The translations under genes and the position numbers were made by a program. A model generated the notes under the pieces. That model saw only the letters and a list, made by a program, of their open reading frames with translations. It did not search any database and was not told where the DNA came from. A stretch of DNA of 62,702 nt, the filler included, from Klebsormidium nitens (lineage: Eukaryota; Plantae; Klebsormidiophyceae), in assembly GCA_000708835.1 (NCBI GenBank). It is 5 parts of 5 records of this genome, joined end to end, with 100 filler letters (N's around TTAATTAATTAA, not from the genome) between each part and the next. Parts side by side here need not be neighbours in the genome. Positions count along the whole stretch, not along the records: positions 36,853 to 43,228 come from DF237974.1; positions 43,329 to 62,702 come from DF237505.1; 3 more parts are not named here. One strand, written 5' to 3'. Shown piece by piece: positions 37,660 through 49,221 of this stretch (positions within the stretch are counted from its first letter, which is position 1; each line of letters opens with the position of its first letter).

Positions 37660-38232
37660 TGTTACGATCCGTGTGGCATATCCATTCGGACGGCCTCGTA
37701 TCAATTCTGTTCGGCAAGACTTATCCATTAGGGTAACGGTCGAATATCTGTTCTGAACCTCTGTTCTGCATATTCTGAGCTATATTCATTTGTCGCTTTA
37801 GTCTAGTTGTCACCCGCACATGAGTACTGTATATGTGCACCGCCGGCCACGTGTTATATCTGATGTACGCATGGCAGTCGGCGTGCGTATTGGACGCGAC
37901 GACTCACACATGACACGAATGCATCTTACTGGATAATGATGTACAACCGGGATGACTCGACTTAGCTCTGTCCAGACTTATCCACGCGGCCAAGTCTCAT
38001 GTACTGATTACTGTGTTCGATTGAGTACCGGATAGGAATACCAACTTGAGTATGTAGTACGCTTCGTACGTACCGAACCAGGAAGGATGGCCTTGAGGGA
38101 GAAGGTCAATGAACAAGATCACACTTCTGATGCTGATCTGAAGTAAGCAGTTTTTAAGAGCGCGCAGCTGGTGAGCAAGACAAGGGCTTCCGCAAGTGCA
38201 TTCTGATCCGCTATAGGGCCATCACCGTGACA
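37660..38232 (+). mobile_element. 3' LTR of the chromovirus
   Basis: Begins TGTTACG directly after a purine tract (ggaagaggcgag) and ends CGTGACA, giving a TG...CA inverted terminus. Confidence 0.75.
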
Positions 38233-41140
38233 CCATGAGTAGCACGTAGTTTATATGACACAATTCTTATATGACACAAAGGAGAATTGACTAACTCACT
38301 TCCGAAGTTCCCCCCTTTTAAAGGTGTGACAGCACATATGATAATTCCCACCAATATAATCAATTCATTCATGTCTCTCTTCTATATGAACATGTATAAA
38401 ATTGCTAATTTGATTAAGTTTTGCTAATTTCCTTGTTGCTCTTATCCATATAGCAGCACATCTACTCGTATTATTGCCTTGCAAATACTATATTACTTGC
38501 TAAGTTCTCGTCCATGTGTCCATACAACCATTAACTTAATTAATATATTCAAGTCGCCCCACAATCCGATATACGCTTTTTACGATGTATACCTCTCATA
38601 ATATAAGTAACTCCCATAATTTCCCTCTGTTCCCGTTCATGTCTTATACCGTTCAGAGAGTGGAATGTCACCAACGTACTTTTTTAGGATATACATGGTT
38701 TGCGCTTTCAAGTTTCCGGTATGTACGTCACTGGAATGACCACCCCGAGCCTTCGGCCCACCATCTTCCTATCGGCCCCCCGTTCCTCCCGATCCTGTTT
38801 GCACTGCACTGATTTCACTAATGTGGTTCACACTATCACCAATGTTAATTCACCCTTCAAATTTCTCATTGTCCAAATAAGTTCACTAACAAATTACAAT
38901 GCTAACTTTCAAGTTTAGTAAACTTAGTTAAATTATTCAGATTGTGGTACAGGTACCCACCATGTTATCAATGCTGCTCTACTTGATTAAGCTTATGGGT
39001 CTCAGGGATGTACACCCCTCGATGTGCGTGCCATAATTCGATAATATAATTATAACTTTACTAACTTTAGCCGAATTACTCATATTAGTCAATTATTCAC
39101 ATCTCGTATGATAAAACTAGCAAGTTATTTTATTATCCTACTAAGGGGACTTCCCTTTTCCACCGGAGCATGATACCTTATAGGCTTTCATTTTCCACTG
39201 ACATACACCATGAACAAGATTAGCGTCCCTCTATACTCGGTCTGCTGTGCAAACCAGTCCGAGTGACGATGGAGGTGGCGTTGGCGTGCGTGTGGGTCTT
39301 CCACAACTTGACGACCGTCCCATCGCCGTTGGTGATGAAGGTCTTGACGCGGTTGAGCTGGAAGAAGTTCACATTGTGGGTATCGTAGTCGCTTCCGATG
39401 TACCACCAAGTTGTGCTGGACCTAGACTTTGTTGGCGGCGAGAGCAACAGAGTTGAAGTAGTTTCGGGAGTGCTGGTTGAACTGGGCAAAGATGAGGGCC
39501 CCTCGAATGGCAGCGGCCAACGTCATTCACGTACCTTTTTTGCAGATGACGTGGCGGTCCTGGCCTTTGCTGTCGCTGAAGAGAGGGAATGTGGACGCTT
39601 TGCTCCTGCAGCCACTACACGTGAGCTAGAGGAATCGATTGGCCCGCCTTCGATGGTCTCCTCGATTTGGCCGCCGGTGTCGACACGACGTGCACCTTGC
39701 CGACGTAGTCCTTTGCGTAGCCATCATGGCTGAACAGTGTTGGCTGCTTCCTCCTCCAGGAGGACGCTGGTTTGCTCCATGACAGAGCCACGTGGACACG
39801 TGGGGGGGGGTTCACAAGAGGGTGCTGCTGCTTCAGACGCGTCTGCTCTTTCTGAGTTGTGCGGCCATGAGCGGCCGCCTGCAAAGCCGCAACACGCGAT
39901 GGTGCCGCCAGGGAAGACCCTCCAGCGCCAGCAACGCCCTCCGCGGCGGCGCTCTGCGTCCCTCTTGCGCCTCTTGAGCACGTGGCTCCGTGGCTGCTGC
40001 AGATCTAGCCGCTGGTCCCGGTCCAGCCTCGTGCTTTAATCGCCTGCGCCAGCCTGATGCATCGGTCCAGCTCCTTCTCGTTTCGTGCCTCAAACGGCCC
40101 GGCCCTTCCGCCGAGGGGAATGTCTGGGGGAGGCACCTCATGCACCTCTGATCTTTGGTCGGCTCCTCCTTGGCCGCCTAGCTCTCCTCGAACGGAATGA
40201 TTGGCGTCCTTTTCCGGCTCTGGAGCTAGCTCCGGGGCTGCATAGTGACGTCAACAAGGATATTGGAGAAAGTACTAATTAGCCCTCACGCTAATTCTCT
40301 CCTCATTGATGATTATGAATATATATAGATTCCTTCATTGTTTTCCGCCTCTTCATTACACCTCCGGCTACGCATCTACCCCCNNNNNNNNNNNNNNNNN
40401 NNNNNNNNNNNNNNNNNNNNNNNNNNNNNNNNNNNNNNNNNNNNNNNNNNNNNNNNNNNNNNNNNNNNNNNNNNNNNNNNNNNNNNNNNNNNNNNNNNNN
40501 NNNNNNNNNNNNNNNNNNNNNNNNNNNNNNNNNNNNNNNNNNNNNNNNNNNNNNNNNNNNNNNNNNNNNNNNNNNNNNNNNNNNNNNNNNNNNNNNNNNN
40601 NNNNNNNNNNNNNNNNNNNNNNNNNNNNNNNNNNNNNNNNNNNNNNNNNNNNNNNNNNNNNNNNNNNNNNNNNNNNNNNNNNNNNNNNNNNNNNNNNNNN
40701 NNNNNNNNNNNNNNNNNNNNNNNNNNNNNNNNNNNNNNNNNNNNNNNNNNNNNNNNNNNNNNNNNNNNNNNNNNNNNNNNNNNNNNNNNNNNNNNNNNNN
40801 NNNNNNNNNNNNNNNNNNNNNNNNNNNNNNNNNNNNNNNNNNNNNNNNNNNNNNNNNNNNNNNNNNNNNNNNNNNNNNNNNNNNNNNNNNNNNNNNNNNN
40901 NNNNNNNNNNNNNNNNNNNNNNNNNNNNNNNNNNNNNNNNNNNNNNNNNNNNNNNNNNNNNNNNNNNNNNNNNNNNNNNNNNNNNNNNNNNNNNNNNNNN
41001 NNNNNNNNNNNNNNNNNNNNNNNNNNNNNNNNNNNNNNNNNNNNNNNNNNNNNNNNNNNNNNNNNNNNNNNNNNNNNNNNNNNNNNNNNNNNNNNNNNNN
41101 NNNNNNNNNNNNNNNNNNNNNNNNNNNNNNNNNNNNNNNC

Positions 41141-43228
41141 CATCGGTCTGCGGGTGATCCCGCGAGGCCCAGATGTGGTCAATGTACAGGGCAATCATGA
41201 GCTCATCGAACTCGCCCTCAAACTCTCGGCCCTGGTCGGTCACGACCTCGGCGGGCGCTCCAAATCGGGTCAGAACATCCCGAAAGGCGGCTGCGACGTG
41301 CTTGGCCTTCTTGGCCGGAATCGCACGGAGCTCAATCCATTTCGTAAAGTGCTCGACCATCACGACGACATATCTGTTGCCGTCGTCGGACTTCCGTGGC
41401 ATCTTGCACACGTCTACGCCCCATCGGTAGAACATGCCCATAATAGGCAGGGGCTTGAGCTCAGGGTCCTTGACGTCGAACGTCGCCTTGACCCGATCGC
41501 AGACGGTGCAGGCAGCGACCTCGTGCTGGACCTGACCGTACATTCCGACCCACCAGTAAGTAAGGCTCAGCAGTGAGTACGTCTTTCAGACGCCGTAGTG
41601 GCCGACATCCTGGTGCACGCGGCGAATCAGGTTCGCGCGCAGCTCTGGACGGGGGACAATCTTTGTCTCGCCGTCAACGAGGCGTTTTCTCAGGACGCCG
41701 TCCTTCAACTGATAGCTCTGGGCTCGGTGCCAGATGCGATCCTTATGCTTCGGTGTCACGCCGTTTGCGTACACGCCAGCCTCCAGGTACGCCATTACGG
41801 GGGCGTCCTCAGCCCAAATCTCGCGGTCAAATCGGACCGGCAAGTCAACATCGTCATCGGCGGCCTCACGCAAGGGCGCCACGATCGCAAGTGCCTGCGC
41901 GTCTGCAGAGCTTTCTGCCTGCGGCTGTGCAGGGCTTTCTGCCTGCGCGTCGGCAGGGCTTTCTTCTGGCGCGTTTGCCAGGCTTCTCTCTGGTGCTTGA
42001 ATTTCGTCAGGGCTTAGTAGACGCGTCAGCTCTGGGTCCTCTGGCTCGCTCAGGGTGCCAGCCAGAATGGCGAGGCAGGCTGAGACGGCAGGTAAGTCCA
42101 GACCGACGTGGTCCATTCGGGCATCTGTCCAGTCATCATCCTCTAGGAGCGGGTTCCTCGAGAGCCCATCTGCATCCAGGTTCTTGACTTCACTGCGGTG
42201 CACAATCGTCAGATCGTACTCCTGCAGGATATTCGCCCAGCGGGCGTGCATGCCCGTCAGCTTGGTGTTCGGCATCAGCCACTGCAACGGCTCGTGGTCT
42301 GTGATCAGCGTGAACTGCATCCCGTAGAGGTACACACGGAAGTAGCAAACTCCCTGGACGGCGCAGCTAAGCACTCTCCATGGTAGCTGGAGGAGTTTCG
42401 CTCCCTTCGATTGTTGCTGCGTGAGGCGTAAGCGACCACGTACTCTTTCCCTTCCTTGTCACGCTGTGCGAGAACAGCGCCCAGCCCAGTGGCACTCCAG
42501 TCGGTGTGCAGCTCAAAGGGTCTGGTGAAGTCGGGGCGCCGTAAGACGGGCGCTTCAGTCAGCTTGAGCTTGAGCAGCTCGAAAGCCTTCTGCTCGTCAG
42601 TAACCCAGTTCCAGACAACGCCGTTCTGAAGCAGGCGGTTCAGGGGTGCGGCAATGCGCGCATAGTTCAGGACGTATCTCCGGTAGTAACCGCAGGTGCC
42701 TAAGAAGGCCCGCAGCTCCGAGATGTCCCGAGGCGGAACCATCCGTACGATGGCTGCCACCTTCGCGTCCTGCGGCGCTGTCCCGCCAGGAACGATAAAG
42801 TGGCCCAGGTAGGGCCACTGTGCGAACGGCCAGCCGCATCTTCTCCGGGTGGCACTTAATCCGCTTCGTGCGCAGCCGCTCAAAAACGGCGCGCATATGT
42901 ATCAGGTGCTCGTCGAACGACTTGCTGTGAATGATCACGTTGTCGATGTAACAGCGGCAGAACTCGCGCTGCGCACTGAGTATGGTGTCCATCAACCTCT
43001 GAAAGAAGGCATGCGCGTTTTTCCAGCCCGAAGGGCATTACAACCCACTCGTAGAGACCGTCGTGGCCCCAGAATGTTGTCTTGCAGATGTGCCTTCTCT
43101 GCAATGGCCACCTGGTGGTAACCCCAGCGCAGGTCGAGCGTGGTAAACCACGTCGAACCCGCCAGCTCATCGAATATCTCCTCTGGCGTCGGCAGGTGGT
43201 AGTGGTCAGGGATGCTGACCTTGTTCAA
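41141..43228 (-). mobile_element. Degenerate Ty3/gypsy pol (RT, RNase H, integrase)
   Basis: LDLRWGYHQV, MPFGL, YIDN (YxDD altered), LHTDWS.TGLGAVL, TDHEPL, H..GH...C..C, WGVD, VTDQGREF; frameshifts and a stop at ~41586. Confidence 0.92.
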
Positions 43229-43328
43229 NNNNNNNNNNNNNNNNNNNNNNNNNNNNNNNNNNNNNNNNNNNNTTAATTAATTAANNNNNNNNNNNNNNNN
43301 NNNNNNNNNNNNNNNNNNNNNNNNNNNN

Positions 43329-45245
43329 CCCTTGCAACTGCTCCTTCTCCTGCCTGATAGCGTCTGCGTTTCCTCCGATCCTCAACGCATCTCTCAGTGC
43401 GCCCTCATTCGCTCTCATTTCCTCTTGCAACGCTCGCTCGGTCTCTTCCAGTTCGGCCACTCGTCGGAGGTGATCGGATATCGCACGTTGTTGAGCCGCC
43501 ACTCTATATCTCAGTACGACTCCCGTATCCTCTGCCTGTCGCAATCTATTACGCATGTTGGCGAGATTATTGTCACGATTGCCCAAGTTTCTCCGGGCCT
43601 CGTTCTCCCTGGCCCGTGCGGCGGTCAGGTCGGCTTCCTTCTCTCTGAGACGACGATCCAGATCGTTCCTCTCTTGTCCTAGCTCTCCGATGGTGCTATT
43701 CCGGGCTGCCACGGCCGATCCTAGTTCGGACTCCCTGATCTGCGCGGAGGTCAACTCGGTCTGCAACCTCTCGAACTCTCCCTCGAGTTTTTTCTTGTGT
43801 CTGCTGTATTCGAGGATCGTCGAGGCGAGTTTTGTTTCTTTCATCTCTGCTACGCGCAGAGCATCCTGGATGGATTGCAACTCCTGCTGCAACTGGTCCA
43901 CTTCTCGTTCGAGTCTTTCCGTTTCCGCTCCTTCGACAGGCCCTTCCCTCCTCGCGGCCTCTAATTCTCTTTCCGTTTCCTCTAGACGGTCCTCCAGATC
44001 TAGCTGTTCTTCTTCGTGCCGACTTACTGTCGCTCTGCTCTCGTCCGCGAGCGTTTCGAGTTCTTCTACTCGTGCCTGCGTCCTGTCCAATTCATCTCTC
44101 AACCGCTGACGTCGCTTCCGCGCGGAGGCCACCGCGTCCCGCGACCTCTGCAGTTCTTCCTCCATTTCGTGCCTGCGTTCGACATGTGTGGAAATAATCG
44201 ACCTAAGCCGTTCTTCGGTCCTCCGTGCTTCCTCCTGAGCATTCTGTAATTCATGCAACTCCTGCTGCAACCGGGCCACCTCGCGTTCGAGGCCCTCCGC
44301 ACTCTCACCCCTTCCTCTCGCGACTTCGAGTTCTCTCTTTAAACCTTCCAGGACGGCCTCCAACTGGAGCCTATCTTCTTCTCGCTTGGCAGCTGCGTCC
44401 TTGGTTTCGGTCAAGAGCCTCTCGAGTTCCTCCACTCTCGTCTTTGAAAGGTCCCATTCATCCCGGACATCTCGTAATTCCTGCTGCCGTTCGGTATTCC
44501 TATCGAGGGCCGCCCTCAAGTCCGTTCGCAGTCGTGCCAACTCGTCCTCCTTCTCGCGTCCGGCGTCCAATGCTTCCTCGAGCAAAGCGTGAGTCTTTTC
44601 GTACTGCGCCTTCTTCTCATCCACCTCCGCCGATTTCGCCCTCAGCTGCTCGCGGAGTACGTCTCTCTCGGTCTCCCCCAGCGTACGTTCTCGCTCTCCA
44701 TTCTCGAGTTCTCGCTCGATCCTTTCCTTCTCCCCTATCGTCCTTTCGAGCACCGCTCTCTGGTCGGCGGATTCCCTTTCTAGCCTGCTGTATTCTGACC
44801 TTATGGCGTTCAGGTCCGCTCGCAATCTCTTCTCGTGAGAGCGTTTCAGTCCCTCCGACTCGCCCCCGTGCCTCCTGGCTAAGCTCTGCACGAGTCTCTC
44901 CTTCAGGTCAGGGTCGGCCCGTCGCAGGAGGTCTCTCTTCTCTCTTTCGGACGCATCGAGAGCCTCTCTCAACCTCCTCACTTCGGTACCGCTCTCGAGA
45001 TGTTCGACCTTGGCTTGCAGCTGGACCACCTCTCTCTCCAGTGTCCTATCCTTCACGACGAATACGTTGCCGCTGCTCTCGCCCATCCTGTCTGCCTCTT
45101 CCAATAGTCGATCCGCTCTGAGTTGATCGACGAACTCCGACTCCTCTGCGGTCAAATGCGTAAGCATCTCCACGGAGGCACCCCCTTTCGTCTCCTTTCG
45201 GAACAGCTCTCTTAGGGTCTTTTTTCGTCGCGCACCGATAGCCAT
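43329..45245 (-). CDS. Long coiled-coil protein, 3' end in gap
   Basis: >630 aa of E/R/L heptad-rich sequence without stops. Confidence 0.75.
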
Positions 45246-45311
45246 CCTACGGAATGCCTAGAAATAAACTACAATCGTCCGCACGTCTCGATTTTTCTCG
45301 ACTGGTAGCAT

Positions 45312-45599
45312 ATGGCTACGCAGATCCCTCCCGTCCGCTGGGTGAAGGACCGGCACAAGGGAAAGAAGTTCTTTATGGAAGCTCTGAGGAACCGCGACGA
45401 CTGGATATGCCGCGTCAGACAGAAGGAGTCCATCCCCGCACCGAAAGCTGAAGACGACGGAGACGAAGAATTCTATGCAGACATCAAGGAGGGTTTCGCC
45501 GATCTGGACGAGACTCCGGCCGCTCCCGATATGCAGACCTTAGCGGCAGTCCTCGTCTGCTCGGGATTGATCGTGCTGCTGCTCTCTCACGTATGGTGA
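45312..45599 (+). CDS. Small protein with C-terminal hydrophobic (TM) helix
   Basis: 95 aa with an acidic middle and terminal LAAVLVCSGLIVLLL. Confidence 0.5.
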   Translation: MATQIPPVRWVKDRHKGKKFFMEALRNRDDWICRVRQKESIPAPKAEDDGDEEFYADIKEGFADLDETPAAPDMQTLAAVLVCSGLIVLLLSHVW

Positions 45600-46018
45600 T
45601 CGCGTGCGAAACGCGTCCGAAAAAAACATACATACCCGTACGAGTCATGAGTCCCCCTCTCAGCGAGTCTTCGAAGCACCTGAAAGCGGCCATCGCGGAG
45701 CAAGCGGAGGCGGCCATCGCTGCGGTCGACAGCGGTCGGAAGGACGCGAGGACGCGGCTGCGCAACAAGATCCACAACATGGAGAAGCAGGTCCGGCAGT
45801 TCAAGAAGACAGCCAACGAGCGGCTGAAGGTCGTGCAGGCACAGAAAGACAAGAAGGCGAAGAGCGACAAGAAGGGCTCGGAGAAGAAGTCAAAGACATC
45901 ATCCAGGAAGAAGCGTTCCGCGAGGACGAGCAGGAGGGTCTTGATCCCGGTGCAAGGGGCTCCGCAACAACCTCAGCGCATGAATCAACCGCAGCTGGCA
46001 TCGTTCATTCCCATATGA
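45593..46018 (+). CDS. Small basic, Lys/Arg-rich protein
   Basis: 141 aa; helical N-half and KKAKSDKK...SRKKRS tail; true start may be a later Met. Confidence 0.5.
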   Translation: MVIACETRPKKTYIPVRVMSPPLSESSKHLKAAIAEQAEAAIAAVDSGRKDARTRLRNKIHNMEKQVRQFKKTANERLKVVQAQKDKKAKSDKKGSEKKSKTSSRKKRSARTSRRVLIPVQGAPQQPQRMNQPQLASFIPI

Positions 46019-46087
46019 TCGAGACGACGCATCAGTACGATAACGCTATGCAGTAGGGGCGCCATGCGACCGAGCGAACCGATAGTC

Positions 46088-46119
46088 CGGTGCTGATATA
46101 GGGAACGCACATGCCCTCA
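46088..46119 (+). repeat. 32-bp direct repeat, left copy
   Basis: cggtgctgatatagggaacgcacatgccctca; 31/32 identical to 47227-47258. Confidence 0.95.
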
Positions 46120-46184
46120 CTAGAAACGATACGTGCGTTCTCCGATAGTGAAGAAATCTGGTCTGTCATAAGCAGGCCTACAGC

Positions 46185-47240
46185 ATGCCGAAGGCCCAGC
46201 ACGTCTGCGACACGTGTCACAAAGCGTTCTCCACTCGGAAGGACCTGACAAGACACATTCGCACACATACTGGGGAAAAACCTTATTTATGTGACGAAGA
46301 GGATTGTAGGACGGCATTCTCGACAAATCATGGACTGACCGTCCACAAACGTACTCATTCAGGTATAAGGCCCTATGAATGCGACGAGATAGGTTGCTTT
46401 GCAGCATTTACGACGGCTGGCAATCTTGCAATGCACAAGCGAACACATTCTGGCAAAAAACCTTACTCTTGCGACGAATGCTCTTCGAAATTCACTCAGA
46501 GTGGTGGATTGATCATCCACAAACGCAAGCACTCGGGCGAGAGACCTTACAAGTGCGATGAACCATACTGTACTGCTAGTTTCGCGACGGGTGGCAGCCT
46601 TGTAACCCACAAACGGAGACACGCTGGTATAAAACCTCACGAATGCGATGAACCAGGATGCTCCGCTACCTTTGTGGACGGTGGTGCTTTGAAAACACAC
46701 AAGCTCATTCATACTGGCGTCAAAGCATTTGCATGCGACGAGCCGGGTTGTACGTCAGCATTCATCAGTAGCGGCCGTTTGGTCGATCACAAGAAAATGC
46801 ACGACCCAAACAGGCCTCGGATGAACTCAAGAGGAGAGCAAGAGATCGCGCGAATACTGGAAGACTGGAAGGTAGCTTATCGACAAGAAGTCTTATTGGG
46901 GGACTCCCGTCGCAGATATGATTTCGGTCTCTTGGATGTGAGGTTGCTGATCGAGTTCGACGGCTATCAGCACTTTCATCCCGTAGCATTCTCGTGGCAG
47001 ACGGATCACTTCGCTGAATATCAGAAGAGGGTAGTCATCGACATCGAGAAGAACGAATTGGCCGAAAGTCAGGGCTATCTACTCTTGAGGATACACCACG
47101 AAGACCTCACGAACATGGAACCGGTCATTGCAGAAGCCATAGAAGATGCTACGCTCGGAAAGACGGGTGTCGTCTTCTCCCGGACAGAACCTTACCGTGA
47201 GAATATGGACAAATGGATAGGCGGTTCGGTGCTGATATAA
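46185..47240 (+). CDS. Seven tandem C2H2 zinc fingers fused to a Vsr/DUF559-like PD-(D/E)XK endonuclease
   Basis: Seven CX2-4C...HX3H fingers with TGEKP-type linkers, then SRGEQEI...RYDF...LIEFDGYQHF...DIEKN..A...GY.LLRI. Confidence 0.9.
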   Translation: MPKAQHVCDTCHKAFSTRKDLTRHIRTHTGEKPYLCDEEDCRTAFSTNHGLTVHKRTHSGIRPYECDEIGCFAAFTTAGNLAMHKRTHSGKKPYSCDECSSKFTQSGGLIIHKRKHSGERPYKCDEPYCTASFATGGSLVTHKRRHAGIKPHECDEPGCSATFVDGGALKTHKLIHTGVKAFACDEPGCTSAFISSGRLVDHKKMHDPNRPRMNSRGEQEIARILEDWKVAYRQEVLLGDSRRRYDFGLLDVRLLIEFDGYQHFHPVAFSWQTDHFAEYQKRVVIDIEKNELAESQGYLLLRIHHEDLTNMEPVIAEAIEDATLGKTGVVFSRTEPYRENMDKWIGGSVLI

Positions 47241-47258
47241 GGAACGCACATGCCCTCA
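47227..47258 (+). repeat. 32-bp direct repeat, right copy (contains the ZnF-nuclease stop codon)
   Basis: cggtgctgatataaggaacgcacatgccctca; TAA at 47238-47240. Confidence 0.95.
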
Positions 47259-47383
47259 GAATAGCATTCACAAAAACATCTACACAAAGATCCGTCTAAT
47301 AGCCGGCAAAAAATCTTCTGAGCTTAGACGTAGGCTGGGGGTCTGAGACTCCGATATGCCATACTAGTCCAAGAAAGTGCAGA

Positions 47384-48016
47384 ATGGATCGATCGAAGCA
47401 AGAGCAACTGCGGGCGGAGTACCGCCGGCTCTATGGACTCGGCTTGACACCCGTCTCTGTAAATATAACCAGCAGAGAGCAGGACGGCGTGCTGAAGAAG
47501 GTGGCAAACTTTTGCACCCAGTGGCGGGGGGTCACTCGGGACAATTGCTTGGACTGTTACTGGCCCGATGGCAACTCGATCGCGATCCGGACGGGGGAGG
47601 AGTCGGGGGTCCTCGTCCTGGACATCGACAACGCCTCCTCCGACGAGAAGCTCAACGGGATGCAGCTGCACGAGATGTGGACCCTGCGGCACGGGGAGCT
47701 GAACACGTGGACCGCAAAGACGGGTAAGGACGGGCTTCATCTGTACTTCAAGTTCCCGACGGAGGCCAGCTACGGGGTGAACAACCGGACCGGGTTGGTG
47801 GTCGAGGACAAGCTGTACGGCGTGGATATTCGCGGCCAGGGAGGAGTCATCTTCAGCCCTCCCTCCTCCTACCTGGCACCGGACGGGACCGAGCTGAGGT
47901 ACGAGTGGGTCAAGAGCCCTTTCGACACGCCGCTCGCGGAGGTGCCCGAGTGGCTGGAGGAGGTGCTGATCGAGAACGACAGGATCGGCAATTTCCTTTG
48001 GAATCCAGCAATCTGA
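47384..48016 (+). CDS. Prim-Pol primase-polymerase domain, no helicase attached (probably truncated)
   Basis: SIAIRTG..SGVLVLDID, GLHLYF, GVDIRGQGG...PPSSY, YEW...PEWL; homologous to the Prim-Pol domains at 2015 and 9523. Confidence 0.85.
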   Translation: MDRSKQEQLRAEYRRLYGLGLTPVSVNITSREQDGVLKKVANFCTQWRGVTRDNCLDCYWPDGNSIAIRTGEESGVLVLDIDNASSDEKLNGMQLHEMWTLRHGELNTWTAKTGKDGLHLYFKFPTEASYGVNNRTGLVVEDKLYGVDIRGQGGVIFSPPSSYLAPDGTELRYEWVKSPFDTPLAEVPEWLEEVLIENDRIGNFLWNPAI

Positions 48017-48773
48017 AGCCCATGCTAGATATGGATGAACGAGGGGGTCTGAATACGGTCTGGCGTGAACGCACATCTTCATGCGATGGCCACAGGTGAT
48101 GGATGACCGCACCTTTGGTAGTACTACTGGGAAACCAAGCGAATGCATTCAAGGCATCTGCACCAGGGGCATTGCGGCATCCTAGCGATAGAGTCAGAGG
48201 ATCGTCTAATTCCGAGGAGGATATGTACATGTATGAGGCATCATCTATTGTGGTTGACCGTGACGACGTGATGGGAGCATCGGTATCCCAACTCGTGGTC
48301 CCAGCTTCGAAACCCAACAATGCATGCAGGTCATCACCAGGGAATATGAGTCGGAACTTATCTAGGATCCTGTACTTGAGAGAGAAGCTGAAACACTTGT
48401 GCACGCGGTCATATGTCACGGAGAAGGGATTCAGGATGGAATAGGCTGGCCAGTTCCCTTCCTTGTATGCCTTTGAGGTAGAGTTCATGAGCCTCTGCAA
48501 CTCATCAGCTAGAGTGTACTCTGTATAATGTCCTGTCGGTATCCTTATGCTTAAGGTTGAGCTCATACCCGACGACTGTTCCTCCCAACTGAATACCTGA
48601 TTACCTTCCTTCACATTGTACTCTACGTTAGGAATGCAAGCAGTCACTAATTCTACTTTGTACACGTCTGTTAGAGGAGTGGGAAAGTAGACTCTAAAAT
48701 CACTAGCAGAGGGGAATTGAGCTCTGTCCCTGAATGTGGAGTCCACCACGAGGAGTTCCTCTCGGAAGTCCAT
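47910..48773 (-). CDS. Putative penton/minor-capsid-like jelly-roll protein
   Basis: N-terminal LVVDSTFRDRAQFPSASDFRVYF...VYKVEL...IPNVEYNV.EGN pattern recalls Polinton/PLV/NCLDV penton-like proteins; beta-rich. Confidence 0.55.
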   Translation of the reverse strand: MDFREELLVVDSTFRDRAQFPSASDFRVYFPTPLTDVYKVELVTACIPNVEYNVKEGNQVFSWEEQSSGMSSTLSIRIPTGHYTEYTLADELQRLMNSTSKAYKEGNWPAYSILNPFSVTYDRVHKCFSFSLKYRILDKFRLIFPGDDLHALLGFEAGTTSWDTDAPITSSRSTTIDDASYMYISSSELDDPLTLSLGCRNAPGADALNAFAWFPSSTTKGAVIHHLWPSHEDVRSRQTVFRPPRSSISSMGFRLLDSKGNCRSCRSRSAPPPATRAPPRAACRKGS

Positions 48774-48807
48774 GTCCTTACAAACACCAGACAATAAACC
48801 AGTGGCC

Positions 48808-49221
48808 CTAGAGACGCATATCCTCAGGAAGCTGCGACTCTGCCCCATCCTCTAGAGAGACTTGCTCGACTTTGTGCTCGATCAAATCCAGCGTGGTCCT
48901 TCTTTTCCACTGCTCATGCTTGACTTGCTCTACCATGAAGAGGTTGAATTGCATGGAACCTCTCATTGACTCTTTCAATGCAACCACCTCTGCCCTCAGC
49001 TTTAAGATTTCCTTGCACAACTCTTCTGTTGACATGCTATTCACGTCAGGAGGTGGTACTTCCTCCTCAATGGGACGAAGGTACTCTCTCCGCACGGCGT
49101 CCGCTTGCTCCCTCGTCCAAGCGGGTCCAGTGTTGCTCACCAGCTCCTTCAGGCGGTCCATCTGGGCCTTCGCTCTGGCCTCCAGGCGTGCTGCCTCGCT
49201 CCCTCCCCCATCAGGATCCAT
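48808..49221 (-). CDS. Hypothetical coiled-coil protein
   Basis: 137-aa ORF collinear with the neighbouring gene. Confidence 0.55.
   Translation of the reverse strand: MDPDGGGSEAARLEARAKAQMDRLKELVSNTGPAWTREQADAVRREYLRPIEEEVPPPDVNSMSTEELCKEILKLRAEVVALKESMRGSMQFNLFMVEQVKHEQWKRRTTLDLIEHKVEQVSLEDGAESQLPEDMRL

Noticed and set aside
39188-40260. Possible spliced gene fragment on the minus strand
   Set aside because: Coding-like composition but no identifiable domain or consistent frame.
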